Below are positions 50,059 to 61,985 of a DNA stretch of 64,000 bases, one piece after another. The position numbers and the translations under genes are program-made. Numbering within the stretch: position 1 is the stretch's first letter; the number at the start of each line of letters is the position of its first letter. The stretch comes from Basidiobolus meristosporus CBS 931.73 (lineage: Eukaryota; Fungi; Basidiobolomycota). The notes under the pieces are model-generated. The model did not search any database, had not been told where the DNA came from, and saw only the letters and a list, made by a program, of their open reading frames with translations. The DNA is taken from positions 124,001-188,000 of the forward strand of contig MCFE01000026.1 of assembly GCA_002104905.1 (NCBI GenBank), read 5' to 3'.

Positions 50059-50138
50059 TATCTACTTTCTATACTATGAACACACTATCAAGCACTTTCC
50101 CCGCACAGTTCTTGACTAGGTGGTGATGGAGATTTAGA

Positions 50139-50158
50139 GAAAATTTCCGGAAATTTTC
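50139..50158. promoter_or_regulatory. Perfect 20-bp palindrome GAAAATTTCCGGAAATTTTC in a divergent promoter
   Basis: Self-complementary; each half resembles the RRPE motif (AAAWTTTT). Function is inference. Confidence 0.45.
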
Positions 50159-50244
50159 GGGGGGAAAATATTCTCGAATACTTTGGGGTCCAGTATTATA
50201 TACGGAATCTCACTGAAAAGCAACTTGTATCTTTTGCACCTCAA

Positions 50245-50909
50245 ATGACTAATCTGAACATGGAAGCCCGCAAGAAACCCCATTCACAAACGCCTAGGAT
50301 GCTCAAACTGCGCACGTATGATCCTTCGCCATCTGGGACACTTTTATCATCAGTGCAAAATGAGGTTCCTGTCATTCAACTTCAAGGGGACAATGTAGAA
50401 TCAGCTGCCGCGAACCTCAACCATATTTTCGCCTCGAAGAAACCGGTGAGCGAAGTCGGGTACCCCCTTGGTGGAACCAGCACATACAATGCCAACAAAG
50501 CGAAAAGCAGAAAAGGTACGTGCGGTTCTTATTTATCCAAGATAACTCATATTGACACGACTGTAACAAGTGGGTATTAGCTTTGCCAACACTACGCAAG
50601 CCTTGTGCAAAGATGCGTCAATGTACTTGTACAAAACAAACGAGAGGATCCACCTTAAGCTACCGCATATCGTACGAGAGAAGGTACCGTAGACTGGCAT
50701 ATTGGCTCCTCCAAGTAAACTGACTTTGGATATCTCAGAGAGAATTACGTAGTATTGTGGAGGCCATAAACATCGCCGATTCAGATCTCCGAGACGGAGC
50801 AGTAGCACTTGACGCTCTACGGTCAATGGAAAACATGAAGAGTACGATCGATTTAGCTCAAAGGACCATCGAATTGATGGAGCACATAAACGAAACCAGT
50901 CCCAGATAA
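50245..50909 (+). CDS. BORCS8/MEF2BNB-like small protein (spliced; 5' exons uncertain)
   Basis: Exons 50581-50683 and 50739-50909 splice to FANTTQALCKDASMYLYKTNERIHLKLPHIVREKRELRSIVEAINIADSDLRDGAVALDALRSMENMKSTIDLAQRTIELMEH. This resembles, from memory, the BORCS8 pattern NEPSVALYRLQEHVRRSLPELAQHKADM. Confidence 0.55.
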
Positions 50910-51216
50910 ACCAGAAATTGGAATTTGATTATCATGCAGCAGGTGGTAAGGGGAATTTTATGAATGCTGATGATTTTTCTTTTTTTTTGTCGGATGCGAC
51001 GCGGGACTTCATGGAATCGATTCTGATGTCTTTTTCATAGGCGTGTCTTGGGACCAGTTCCTTCTTTCTCGTATTGGTTTTAATCCTTGGGGAACATCAA
51101 GTAGGCATTGTTTTTACGTTAATAGATGGCTCGGTCATAGTAGATGGATTCCGCGCCAGTGTCAATTCGCTTTCAACAATTCTAACTCTTCGGTTTTGCT
51201 CACTGCAGATCTCATT

Positions 51217-51687
51217 ATGTCGGCTGATCTTACCTGGCTCCTTGTTAAGGATAACTCTAGCTTCCTTGTTAAGCGTAGCGGTGTTCAATTCACCACCGAA
51301 CCTAACAACCTTACCAACTTGAACTCCTTCAAGTACTCTGGTTTGGCCAACGCCAAGGTTGTCGGTGTTGAGGCCAATGCTTCCGGTAAGGGAGTTGTTC
51401 TCACCACCAAGAAGCAATCTGTTTCCAGCGGTAAGCCCGGTAAATCTTTCCAAAAGGTTGCCATCTCTGGTTCCTCCCGTAGAGCCGCCAAGAGCATTGT
51501 CAATGCTACTGCCCGCTCTGGCTACCGTGCTGACTTGCGCAAGGTAAGTTGACATTAAGCGAGTTCATTGGAGTCTCTTTTAACCAATCATGTTTAGGCT
51601 GCTCTCGGCCGTCTTTCTGCCATTCTTGCCGCTCAAAAGCCCAAGAAGGTAACCAAGAAGGCTGGTCGTAGTACCCTCCGCAAGTAA
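51217..51687 (+). CDS. RPL28: 60S ribosomal protein L28 (eL28), 138 aa
   Basis: MSADLTWLLVKDNSSFLVKRSGVQFTTEPNNLTNLNSFKYSGLAN...YRADLRK; intron 51544-51597; then AALGRLSAILAAQKPKK. Confidence 0.96.
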
Positions 51688-52005
51688 ATTCACAAAGATA
51701 GCTTAAACCGAGTATCATTGTGCATTTCCAGCGTAACTTTCGACTAATGTTATTTCCTACACCTTGTTTAATAAACATGATTACTACGCTTCAAAGTAAC
51801 TGGATTAAACCAACTCTTATTCCATGTGATGTGATTAGTAATGTTTTGATCTGATCGACGAAAAGCGCACTGTGCGACCTTTTACGATCCTTGCATTGAT
51901 CATCCTGCATCCCAACATTCAATTGGAATTAGTCTGACAATCATCCAAACCGACATATACATAGATCAAGGGAACTTCTTCGTAGTGCAACAACTTTACC
52001 AATCC

Positions 52006-54382
52006 ATGGAAGAAAGTAAATTTGACGTTATTGTGCTTGGTACGGGGCTTGTGGAATCCATCCTTGCTGGGTATTTACAGTATTCGTAGGTGCAATTTCT
52101 CCTACCTTTACTGATTCACCTTGTTTGCAAAGTGCCCTATCGAGGGTCGGGAAGACGGTCCTTCATTTAGATAACAACCAGTACTACGGTGGAAGATGGA
52201 CAGCCCTCACTCTAGTTGATTTTATTCAGCATTTTCAAAAAATACTTGGTAATTTTCGGGTGCCATTCGAGCCCTCCATTTCGAAGTTAACTTGTATATC
52301 CTCCTCTTAGTGGAAAAGATTGACTCCGCTCAAAGCAACCAAGGTAGTGTCTTAGCTTCAATACCAAGTTTGTGGACCCACCCACTAATGAGGAACAGCT
52401 CCAGCTACTGACCCCGATCCAGGGGCCATCGACTTTTTCAGCAATTACGCAAACAGCTTCAAAGATATAGATATGCAAATTTACCCTGAAGCTTCGGAAG
52501 GTGACTCCCCGGCTGAAACGGAGGTGGAAACTTCAGAGGAAGTTGCGAATTTTATACAGGAGCTCATTGGCTTGTTATCGGCGCAAAGCACCTGCTCCAC
52601 GATCGCACAGAAAATAGAAGCCTTCGCTAAACTCACGCTCGGGCTCAACGGCCGAGAGTCCGAGGGCGCCGTTGCCGTAGAGTCAACACGTCAAGCGATC
52701 TTACTCAAGTCTCGGTGGACGGGGGAGCAAAATGGACAGGAATCTCTAGTTCGATCATGCGTCAGCAGGCTAAGCAATGCCATCTCCCGAATCACAACCT
52801 TGCTCCAACGCAGCAGACAGTACAATCTTGAATTGGCGCCCAAGCTTCTTTGTTGTAGCGATCGGTTGATTGATGATTTGGTTGCGTCCGGGGTTTCCCG
52901 GTACTTGGATTTCAAATTGTTGGAAGGGACTTACATGGGATGGTCAGGGAAATACGACAAGGTACGTTGCCAAAGAACCTTCGCCTTGAATCCATGCCAA
53001 CTGATCTACGATCTAGGTGCCATGCTCTAAAGAAGATATATTTACCAGCAAAAACCTGAGCCTCATCGAAAAGCGGAAGCTCATGAAATACCTGACTTAC
53101 GCGATGGACACTTCCGCAGACCCCACCATCATCAATGGTAAGTTGGTAGACTTCGACAGCAGCGGGAGTACGGGAGCTAACCCAAACACTCAGAATACCA
53201 GGACCAACCTTTCGACAAGATGTTGCGGGAGAAGTTTCTGATCAAAGACAACCTGTTGAATGCGGTGATGTACTCAATCGCGTTGATCCCCACCGGAAAG
53301 GAGGCAGAAGGTATTTACCATGATCCGTGGATTCCATCGAGCTGAGAGTTCTGACCCTCCCTGTAGTCACCAGTGCTCTGGGAATGGAGCGAACCCAGAG
53401 ATATCTGAAGGCGTTGGGTAGATACGGGAACTCCGCTTATCTTCATACCATGTATGGCAGCGGCAGCGAGATTTCCCAAGGATTTTGTCGGTAGGTACCA
53501 TTTGGAACATCCCCACGCTGGCCATTCCTAAAGCACCCACAGACTTTCTGCTGTGTATGGGGGTACATACATGCTAGGACACAACATCACCAACATCCAC
53601 TTCAAAGAGGACGATCAAGTGTTTGAAGTCGCCTGCCAAGACGACCACACCTTCGAGGCACCGCTCATCGTCGCATCCAGTGACTATCAATCAAAGCACC
53701 TTAACTGCTCCCAAGAGATCAAGTAAGCACTTGTTTAGCCGCGCCAATCACCACCTCTGTTGCTTACACACAAGGTCTTAGGACAACGGCGATATCGCGG
53801 GGGGTTTTTTTGCTCAATAAGCCAGTGTTTCCCGAGAGCCAATTAATTAAAATTGTCACACCGCCCTCGTTTGTCAATAATCAAAATCCGGTATTTGCCC
53901 TACAGGTGAACAATGGAGTACAGGCATGTCCCAAGGATCAGTGTAGGTACAGTTTGAGGCACCAGGCGCAGCACACCCTCACTAACAAAGCCCTCAGTCG
54001 TTGTGTATATGTGGACTCTCTCCTCCAGCACTGCCCGAGAGGATCTTTTCGAAGTGGCAGAGTCACTGCTGAGCCTCGACGGTGCCCATGGTAAGTGGCC
54101 GCTATCTAGTCTGTCCAGTGCCACGCTCGAACCTAACTCTGCGTAGAAGAGAAGCCGGAGGTCCTTGTTTCCTTGTTCTATCAACAGACCGTAATCAAAC
54201 CAGATCTGACCGATAAAGCACCCATGAACCTATTCTTGACCAGTGATCCAGATCACGAAATTGATTTCGCCAACATCGCACAAGAGGCCCACGAAATATT
54301 CAAGCGAATCTGCCCTGGTGACGAATTTCTAGAACCCACGCCCGACCCCGAAATCGAGGCAGAGTATGTTCACACCGAATGA
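52006..54382 (+). CDS. Rab escort protein / GDI family (REP/Mrs6/CHM-like), multi-exon
   Basis: FDVIVLGTGLVESILAG, KTVLHLDNNQYYGG, RQYNLELAPKLL, SRYLDFK, VPCSKEDIF, EKRKLMKYL, and SAVYGGTYML-like sequence. The long N-terminal insert is typical of REP. Confidence 0.9.
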
Positions 54383-54598
54383 CTGGTGTAATAAAGAGCC
54401 TATCGAGCCGAGTGGCTGGTGGGGTAGTGAGCCTATTCGGAGGGTTTATTTATTTCGAGTCTTTAGTGCATTACTTCGCTCTACTAGATTTAGGCAAACA
54501 TCAACGAATACAAATTATAGATACATGAAGAATAACGGGTGATGGGCGACAATTGGATAGATTATACTCCAGGTAAGCCAAAAGCCTCGCAACACTGC

Positions 54599-55247
54599 CT
54601 ACTTGGTAGAGGCTTTTGCATATTGCTTCTTCCCAACGGTGAATGGAAGGTACTTGTATCTGATCATGTGCTGGATCTGACGCTTCATCGTCAGGAAGAA
54701 CAATAGAAGGAAGTACATCACGAGGATGGGCCAAAAGACCGGCAGATCCAACGCCTCGAAAAGTGTACAGAAAAGCGAGAAGATGGTGGCTTTGGTGGCC
54801 GAGTACCTAAAAAATAAAGAGGGTTGAGCATCGGGGGCTGATGCGGGTCAGCATGTCATCAAAGAGCGCTCACCAGAATTTGAACTCCGGAAGTCGGCGG
54901 ACGAAAGGTCGGAATTCCTCGTCAGACTTGGTGGGAAGTGAAGGGCCTTCCTCGGACTCGTTCTCCATTTCCAATTCCTCCTCAAGCGCCGGATCGAACT
55001 TGGGGGTCAGGAAGGCGAGAAACAGGTTCAGCAAGTAAATGCCTAGGGCATAGCACACAACGTACCAGCCTTGGGCGATGAGGATGCGCAGTGTGAAGGT
55101 AAACAATAGGCCAGCAAACGCAGCCCATCTCTGGGTTACGAAGGGAGTGGTGGAATCAAGCCAGGCCTGGTACTTGCGCTCAAAGGCGATCTGGTAAGCG
55201 GAGAATTTGGAGAGAGTGCTACCTTCGGGGGCTTCATCCATGTTCAT
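54599..55247 (-). CDS. RER1: Golgi-to-ER retrieval receptor Rer1
   Basis: YQAWLDSTTP..RW, GWYVVCYALGIYLLNLFLAFLTPKFDP and EEFRPFVRRLPEFKFW; one intron; then PVFWPILVMYF..TMKRQIQHMIRYKYLPF. Confidence 0.95.
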
Positions 55248-55918
55248 TTTGAGCGTTACAAGGGAAAACCTTCACCGGTGGATGGGCAGCGTAAGGATAT
55301 TAAGAGCAAAATCAAATTCTTTGAAGGCGAATAACCAATCAGCCACCACCAACAGTAGTGTGATTCCCCCAAATTAATGAAGATGGATAAGGATAATCCC
55401 AGACCTGTGTTACTAGCAGCAATGAAGCAGTTTAAACATGGAATATTACCCGCTAGCCATGGGCCAATGCAAGTGCTGTGCAATCGCTAAGAACACCACT
55501 GATATTTTAGTCCCACAATCGTCTCAGTATTGTGTGACTACACGATTTCATCAATTTTCACTTAGCATGTTTGTTAACATGCCCGTGATTCATTCGCTCT
55601 CCTAATCAGGTCTCTTTCTGCCACCCCATTTTTTCATTAGATAACTGGTGTTAGCTTCATCTTAATTCGATTAAACTCTCCTTTAACCGCTCGTTTAGTA
55701 TTTTTTTATCCAGTTTTCTTCTTAACATCTCCGGCTTCATTTGTCCCTGACCATAGTGTAACGGAATCCTTAAACCTCTCGAAACTATCTCTACGACTGA
55801 CGCACCTCAGGTTCTACGCATTTGACAACAACGTGCGCGATTGCCTTTTCTTCTTCCTCCGCTGTAAATCCACTCACCCTCGTTCTTTACTTGCTTCTCG
55901 TATACAGACTTTTCCGCC

Positions 55919-57130
55919 ATGAGTGATATCGCTGAAAGAATAGCGGTGGCCAGGAGAGAGGCTGAACAGCTGAAGGAAAGAATCAAGCAGAAAAAAGAGA
56001 GCTTGGCTGACACATCTCGTAAGTACCTGACCCATCCACAATGTCCGTAATGCTGTGACTCAATCAAAGCGAACCCCCCACCAGTGAAGGCTGTTGCCGC
56101 TGAACTGGAGCCTCTCCCAAGAATCGTTATGAAGGTGCGACGAACTTTAAAAGGGCATCTTGCCAAGATTTACGCTATGCATTGGGCGAATGATGAGCGC
56201 CATCTAGTCTCTGCCTCCCAAGACGGAAAGCTCATCGTCTGGGACGCGTACACCACAAACAAAGTCCACGCCATCCCTCTTCGCTCCTCTTGGGTGATGA
56301 CCTGTGCATACGCACCTTCGGGCAATTTCGTGGCCTGTGGTGGTTTGGATAATATTTGCTCTATTTATAATCTTAAGACAAAGGAAGGCTCAGTTAAGGT
56401 GGCCAGAGAGCTTAGCGCACACACTGGCTACCTCTCCTGTTGCAGATTTTTAAGCGACCGTCAAATCCTCACCAGCTCCGGTGACATGTCATGTATGCTC
56501 TGGGATATCGATGCAGGCGTGAAGTTAATGGAGTTCGCAGATCACACTGGAGATGTCATGAGGTAGGGGACACCTGTAGTTTTTGACGCCACGCCCAAGC
56601 TCTCATCTGAATTCCTCCACAGTCTATCTCTCGCGCCTGAGAAGAATATTTTTGTCTCAGGAGCTTGCGATGCCACCGCCAAGGTATGGGACATCCGGAC
56701 TGGCAAGTGCGTGCAAACATTCACCGGACACGAGTCGGACATCAATGCTGTCCAGTTCTTCCCCAACGGAGACGCCTTTGGAACTGGATCCGATGATACC
56801 ACCAGTAGACTGTTTGACTTGAGAGCAGACCGCGAGCTGAATCAGTACGCACACGACAACATTCTTTGCGGTATCACATCGGTTGCTTTTTCAGTTTCGG
56901 GAAGGCTCCTTTTTGCCGGCTACGATGACTTCAACTGTAACGTGTGGGATACCATGAGAGGCGATCGCGTTGGTGTCTTATCTGCCCACGAAAATCGGGT
57001 GAGCTGCCTTGGCGTGTCTGCCGATGGAATGGCGCTATGCACTGGCAGTTGGGATAGTTTGCTCAAGGTACGTTTCTTCACCTGTCACATATGGGTCGCA
57101 TACTAACGGGACATATAGATTTGGGCCTGA
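55919..57130 (+). CDS. GNB1: Heterotrimeric G-protein beta subunit (WD40), multi-exon
   Basis: [40 protein letters not shown] and [10 protein letters not shown]|IWA stop; three introns. Confidence 0.97.
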
Positions 57131-57568
57131 GTCCTCCATTAGCTTCACTTAATCTTAATACGACATGGAGAGATCGCTTCGCTAGAAATCAAGCGATCTA
57201 TCCTCCAGTCTTTATAATGCATACTGGTGGAACGTTCTTGGATGTCTCCTCAGCTGCCGCCGACAGTTTTTGTTCTATTTTTATTCCAACCTTCATTAAT
57301 ATCTTAACAATTCTCTTGAATTGCCCGTGGCAGCAGTAGAATGCATCCCTTATCCTTCTAATCACTGATCTTTCCACTCTTTTTGAATCTGCACTTATCC
57401 ACCCGAAATCGCGTGTCTTTCACTTCTTGCTTTCTTAATAAACGACATACCAATTTACTGATCATTCCTGCCATTTGAACTGGTATTGTGATTCGTCAAC
57501 AACTATTGACGATTTCTCGTTTTTACCCGCTATAACCATTGATTGGACTTCCGCCGCAGACACCAAAC

Positions 57569-58529
57569 ATGTCGCTTTCTTTGGTGGCCCCAAGAGGCTC
57601 TCCCAGTCAGCCTGATTCGGTATCGGAAGCACTGCTAAAGATCGCCCGTCGACATCAGAAGCGAAGTATATACAGTTGCCTTCGCAACCTTCTAGAAATT
57701 CGCCATCCTGACCGATTTCCCCGTTTTCTAGTTTCTCAAGTGAAAGCACGGCTTAACAATGTGTGTATTCGTTGCGTAGTCAGAGGTGTCCCTCGTGCTT
57801 ACTAATCAAACGGCCTCCCTCCAGGATGAGAATGTCCTCTCGTCCTGTCAACAGATACTGCTCTCTTTGTATTATACCACCACTTATCTGGAGAACAACA
57901 AGAACTTGAATAGGTACATGGTTGGCTTTAACCTTGGGGAAGTAGCCTGACACCTTTCTCAGAGTGGACGAGTTGCCCGGGAGCGTGTTTCACTGGCTCA
58001 TCACTGTATGCTGGGGTTGCTCCGCCAGCTCGTATAGCTGTTTGTCAGAAGGATCGAAACTGGCTTTTCAAGATGAATCCAGTTGGCTTGGACTTGCCGG
58101 AAGCCGCGGGTTAACTCGTGGGAGTTTTTACGACAGAACCTGGAGCAAGGGAAGGTACTATATTCACTTGGTTCCGGAGATATGATGTGTGTACTAACGT
58201 TATGGCCATTGATCATAGAAACTACTTCGAAGGTACGGACACCATCGGCGATTCTCCCGCACAATATTCACCAGATTCTCCTTGAAGCCCATTATATTTT
58301 TAGGCTAGCATTTGAGGAGATATTCAGCACCATTCGGAAGATGCTGAAATTCTCCACGACAGGTATGGCGATGGTTCACTTATCGATTTGATCTATTGGG
58401 TATTCATGATCTCTCCATTGATCAGGTGCGGAGCGCTATAAACAGCAGCTTGAGTCTCTGGCGGATACACTGGTCGGGCTTGCGGCAGAGAGCGAGGCTT
58501 TGATCCAGAATTCCGGCTCAACCCGATAG
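57569..58529 (+). CDS. Probable multi-exon hypothetical protein
   Basis: A series of GT..AG segments with open exons, e.g. DENVLSSCQQILLSLYYTTTYLENNKNLNRVDELPGSVFHWLIT and AERYKQQLESLADTLVGLAAESEALIQNSGSTR stop. The exact splicing is not resolved. Confidence 0.45.
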
Positions 58530-58895
58530 TGTTCTGGATATATCGCACTGATGTTCCTGATCTATGTATATCCCTGATAGTATAAATAAATCCTTACGAT
58601 GCTTCCCACAGCTCTCATTTGTACCGTGACACAGCCGGAAGGGTTTTTTGCTTAGCTTGTGTTAGCACGGAGGTTGCATATCTCACGAGAGAGTATCCGT
58701 CGAATAGTTCGCACATTCTCACATGCGAGTGAAGCACCGTGCAATGGCTTCAGGTTTGACAAATTTGCTATCGCCCCAAGTGCGCATTATCTTGGAGGTT
58801 TGTTCGACTTTGATCAGGTGCGCAACAGTTCATCACGTTTCGTGGGGATGCAATGTTGCCTAGCCGTGGTAAAGGTGGGTGCACCAGCTTCAGTC

Positions 58896-58966
58896 ACTTC
58901 TACCAAAGTGAATCACTATAATTGACGGCATACTTCTACCAACTGAATCACTATAATTGACGGCAT
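58896..58966. repeat. Tandem duplication, 36/35 bp x2
   Basis: ACTTCTACCAAAGTGAATCACTATAATTGACGGCAT followed by ACTTCTACCAACTGAATCACTATAATTGACGGCAT. Confidence 0.9.
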
Positions 58967-59156
58967 CAATGCTCATAATTGTTCATCTCGCTAATTTGAG
59001 TCACTGTTCTTTCCCAAAGCAAACTCTATTCGAAACCAAATCCATGCTATTGGTGGCATCCCATTTTAGCCGAGCTATTTTGTGTTTCCTAAAGCATCCA
59101 GGTGACGTCCATCCCCTTCTTTCATGTATAAAACCGGTCATCCCGCGCAGGTTTGG

Positions 59157-59224
59157 CAAGCATTTGCTTAGTTAGCATAGCAGCCTCCCTCAAGCATTTG
59201 CTTAGTTAGCATAACAGCTTCCCT
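59157..59224. repeat. Tandem duplication, 34 bp x2, ending 8 bp before the GPCR ATG
   Basis: CAAGCATTTGCTTAGTTAGCATAGCAGCCTCCCT repeated with 2 mismatches. Confidence 0.9.
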
Positions 59225-59232
59225 CCATTGCT

Positions 59233-60471
59233 ATGCCTTCAGGAGATGTGATATCTGATATCTCTTCTGATCAATTGCGGGTGAAATCCCTCGTATCGGA
59301 AGTGATGAGTATTCTATCGTTAATAGGCGCATGCTTTATCGTGTTCACCATTCTGTTCATGAAGATCCGAAAGCCGCATATTGCCAACCGTGTCTCCATC
59401 GGGCTGACAATGTGGAAGGCGGTCGCTGATATATTTTACAGCATCGTGTACCTTATATCCCAGGGCTCGGTGGTAAATCTGGCGACGTGTCGGTTTGTCC
59501 TCTGGGGATATGTGGAGTTCACCCTACTCTCAATCTTTCTGACCTGCGCGATTGCTTTCAACCTTCAGGCGATTTTCGTCAATGAGCTCAGCACGATCAT
59601 TTACGTGCAACGCTTCTACTTTCCGTTTACATTGGCCCTCTCGTTGATCATCAGCCTGATTCCTCTGATTTCTGGTCAATTCGCGTATGACCCTCTGGTT
59701 GGTAACTGTTGGTATCGCGAACAATATTCCACGTCCACAATGATTTGGGAGATGTCGACATTCTACGGATGGATATTTCTCGGGATTGTGTACTGCTCCG
59801 TGGCCGTTGCCCTGGTCACCATCCGGCTGATTAGGAACGAGAGGGAAATGCAAAGAAACATCTCCCCCAGAGCAACCAAGATTCGTCGGAACATTAACAA
59901 AGTTGTGACCCGAATCATTCTCTATCCAGTCATCCCGATTGTAGCTCAGAGTTTCAATTTTATCACCGAGCTAGTGACATTCTACACCCGGCGCCTCACC
60001 TTTACATTGTACTTTTTGTCGGCCGCTGGGCCCGCAAGCATTGGCTTTCTGAATTTTCTAGTGTTCTTGTTCGACCCGGCGTTTCAAAAGCTGGTCAGGG
60101 AGCTGCGGAACGCCGAATCCTCTTCCACGCAGTCCTCCAACCACCATGAAATAGGGGCAAAGACTGGGCTAGCCTTTGAATCGCTATATTATCTTTCTGA
60201 AGACGGGAATTTCTCAGCAAGCGACAACCACAGCAAGCAACAGCACAGCGAGCATATTAAGCTCCATCGCATAGACGGTACCCATCAGTGCCAGAACATG
60301 GTGGTTTTAGAGAGTGACTCCATCCCATCAGCGCATACAAACCCCGACCGTAACAGCTCGGTAGAGCTGATTCTAAACTCAGGGTTAAATCCCACAACAC
60401 GGCCCAATAACCCCTCTCCCTACCAAAATCCAGAGGCGGGCATGAAGTCGAACATTGTCAGGTATATGTAA
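59233..60471 (+). CDS. 7-TM G-protein-coupled receptor, cAMP-receptor/Git3-like, intronless
   Basis: 412 aa with about 7 hydrophobic segments, a TM3 region C.F..WG.VEF..LSIFLTCAIAFNL, an ECL2 CWY motif, TM6 RIILYPVIP..Q, TM7 GFLNFLVF..DP and a Ser-rich tail. Confidence 0.8.
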   Translation: MPSGDVISDISSDQLRVKSLVSEVMSILSLIGACFIVFTILFMKIRKPHIANRVSIGLTMWKAVADIFYSIVYLISQGSVVNLATCRFVLWGYVEFTLLSIFLTCAIAFNLQAIFVNELSTIIYVQRFYFPFTLALSLIISLIPLISGQFAYDPLVGNCWYREQYSTSTMIWEMSTFYGWIFLGIVYCSVAVALVTIRLIRNEREMQRNISPRATKIRRNINKVVTRIILYPVIPIVAQSFNFITELVTFYTRRLTFTLYFLSAAGPASIGFLNFLVFLFDPAFQKLVRELRNAESSSTQSSNHHEIGAKTGLAFESLYYLSEDGNFSASDNHSKQQHSEHIKLHRIDGTHQCQNMVVLESDSIPSAHTNPDRNSSVELILNSGLNPTTRPNNPSPYQNPEAGMKSNIVRYM

Positions 60472-61985
60472 GAATAGCATTCATGCGACTTCGACAATAC
60501 CTCGGAAGATTCTGTATATAACCCCAGCATATGCGATATATTTATTTACTAATTCTAATTGCGCGAGATAAACAAGATTTCCCTGATTTTACGGCTCTGA
60601 TGACTTTCCTCAACATGGCTTGGTTATCCTGAATGCTTCATCGCACTAGGCTTAACGGGATCCTCGCATCACCATCACCCGGTTCCTTTAGATTCCCACT
60701 ACCATCATCCTATATTCCTGTTAGTCACCTAAATTCATGTACCGAAGTCGAAAGATGGTTACTGACTTGTTGCTCGATATCACTATATTATAAACGGCAT
60801 AAATGGGTACAAAGCCAACGCGTCACGGGTAACGCCAAGGATTATATAAATAAATTCTATACTTCCATTGTCCAAATATAGGATTTCTTGATTTGTACCT
60901 TTGGCGTGACGATGAAAGACACTGCTGGACACTGCTGGATGATCTCACCAAGTGTGGTAAAAGCTGGAGTTGGAAATGGATCAGGCAGTGCATTGATGGA
61001 CAGCACTCCTTTCAACTTTCGAACTTATCAACCTCCATCTCACCCTCTATCTCCTATCCTAGTATGGGTTTGATACTAACCTCAGCTGGATATGTCAAAT
61101 GATCTATGCTTTCAATGTCGGTTCCCGCCTCGATGCCATGATGCTCATCCGCTGCCACGAATATGTGGGAGCAAACATCATCTTTTTTCGGGGAAAGCTA
61201 TTTGCCATGAGAAGAGTAATACAAGTATTGAGAAACATATGACGCGCGGGAATCCAAGACCAATATGTGATTTGTCTCACAAACCAATCCAGCCTATCAA
61301 GCATGCTTTGCTCAAGGTGGAGAAAGCCATAGGGTAGCCAATGTGATGAAACCGGAAGAAAATCCAGTAATCCGGCATATTGAATCCGCACCGTTGTGTA
61401 GAACTCGTGCCATCAAATTGCTCGTTTTGGTCTTATAGACATGTGTGAATAACCGTTGATGTGGCGCGAGGTAGTTGTACGATTTCTAGCAAGACTTGCC
61501 CCTGAGATGGTATCGTGGCAACTAATTCTCCAGGCCGAAGTTGGCACTCATGGTACTGTAAGTCCGTGATAAGGTTTAACCTTACCAACTGGTAGTCGAG
61601 GTTCAGGAAAATCTGCTCCCCATTGCATAACCAGTGATAAAACCTTCAGTTACACAGACGTCCAACATTTCTTCAATAAGTAGTCACCATCGTGAAATCA
61701 AACCAATTGTCAATCGCGATTTTTTCGTCATTATGGAATGGGTGCATATCTTGGACAACCATTCGTCATCGGGTACACTTATCCACAGGTTGGATAACGA
61801 CATTTCCAGGATTTTTTTTGAAATACTGGTATTTATGAATTAGGTGAGAGTTTCCTACTGATAATTATTTTCATGAACTAGGAAGCACCTATGATCCTAT
61901 CTCACCTGAAAAAAGTTACTATAAAGGCTCCAACATTGGTCCGAGGAACACACACCGGACCCAAGTTTTCCTACTTCTCGGATAC

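Noticed and set aside
50946-51040. Possible intronic C/D snoRNA (TGATGA at 50968, CTGA at 51023)
   Set aside because: The C box lacks its 5' purine, there is no terminal stem, the D box is only 14 nt from the putative acceptor, and I recognise no rRNA-complementary guide.
58896-59224. Short direct repeats as a CRISPR-like array
   Set aside because: Each has only two head-to-tail units with no spacers, in a eukaryotic context with no cas genes.
60633-61843. Several 60-95 aa ORFs upstream of the carboxypeptidase
   Set aside because: They show no domain signal or convincing splice context and are treated as intergenic or promoter sequence.
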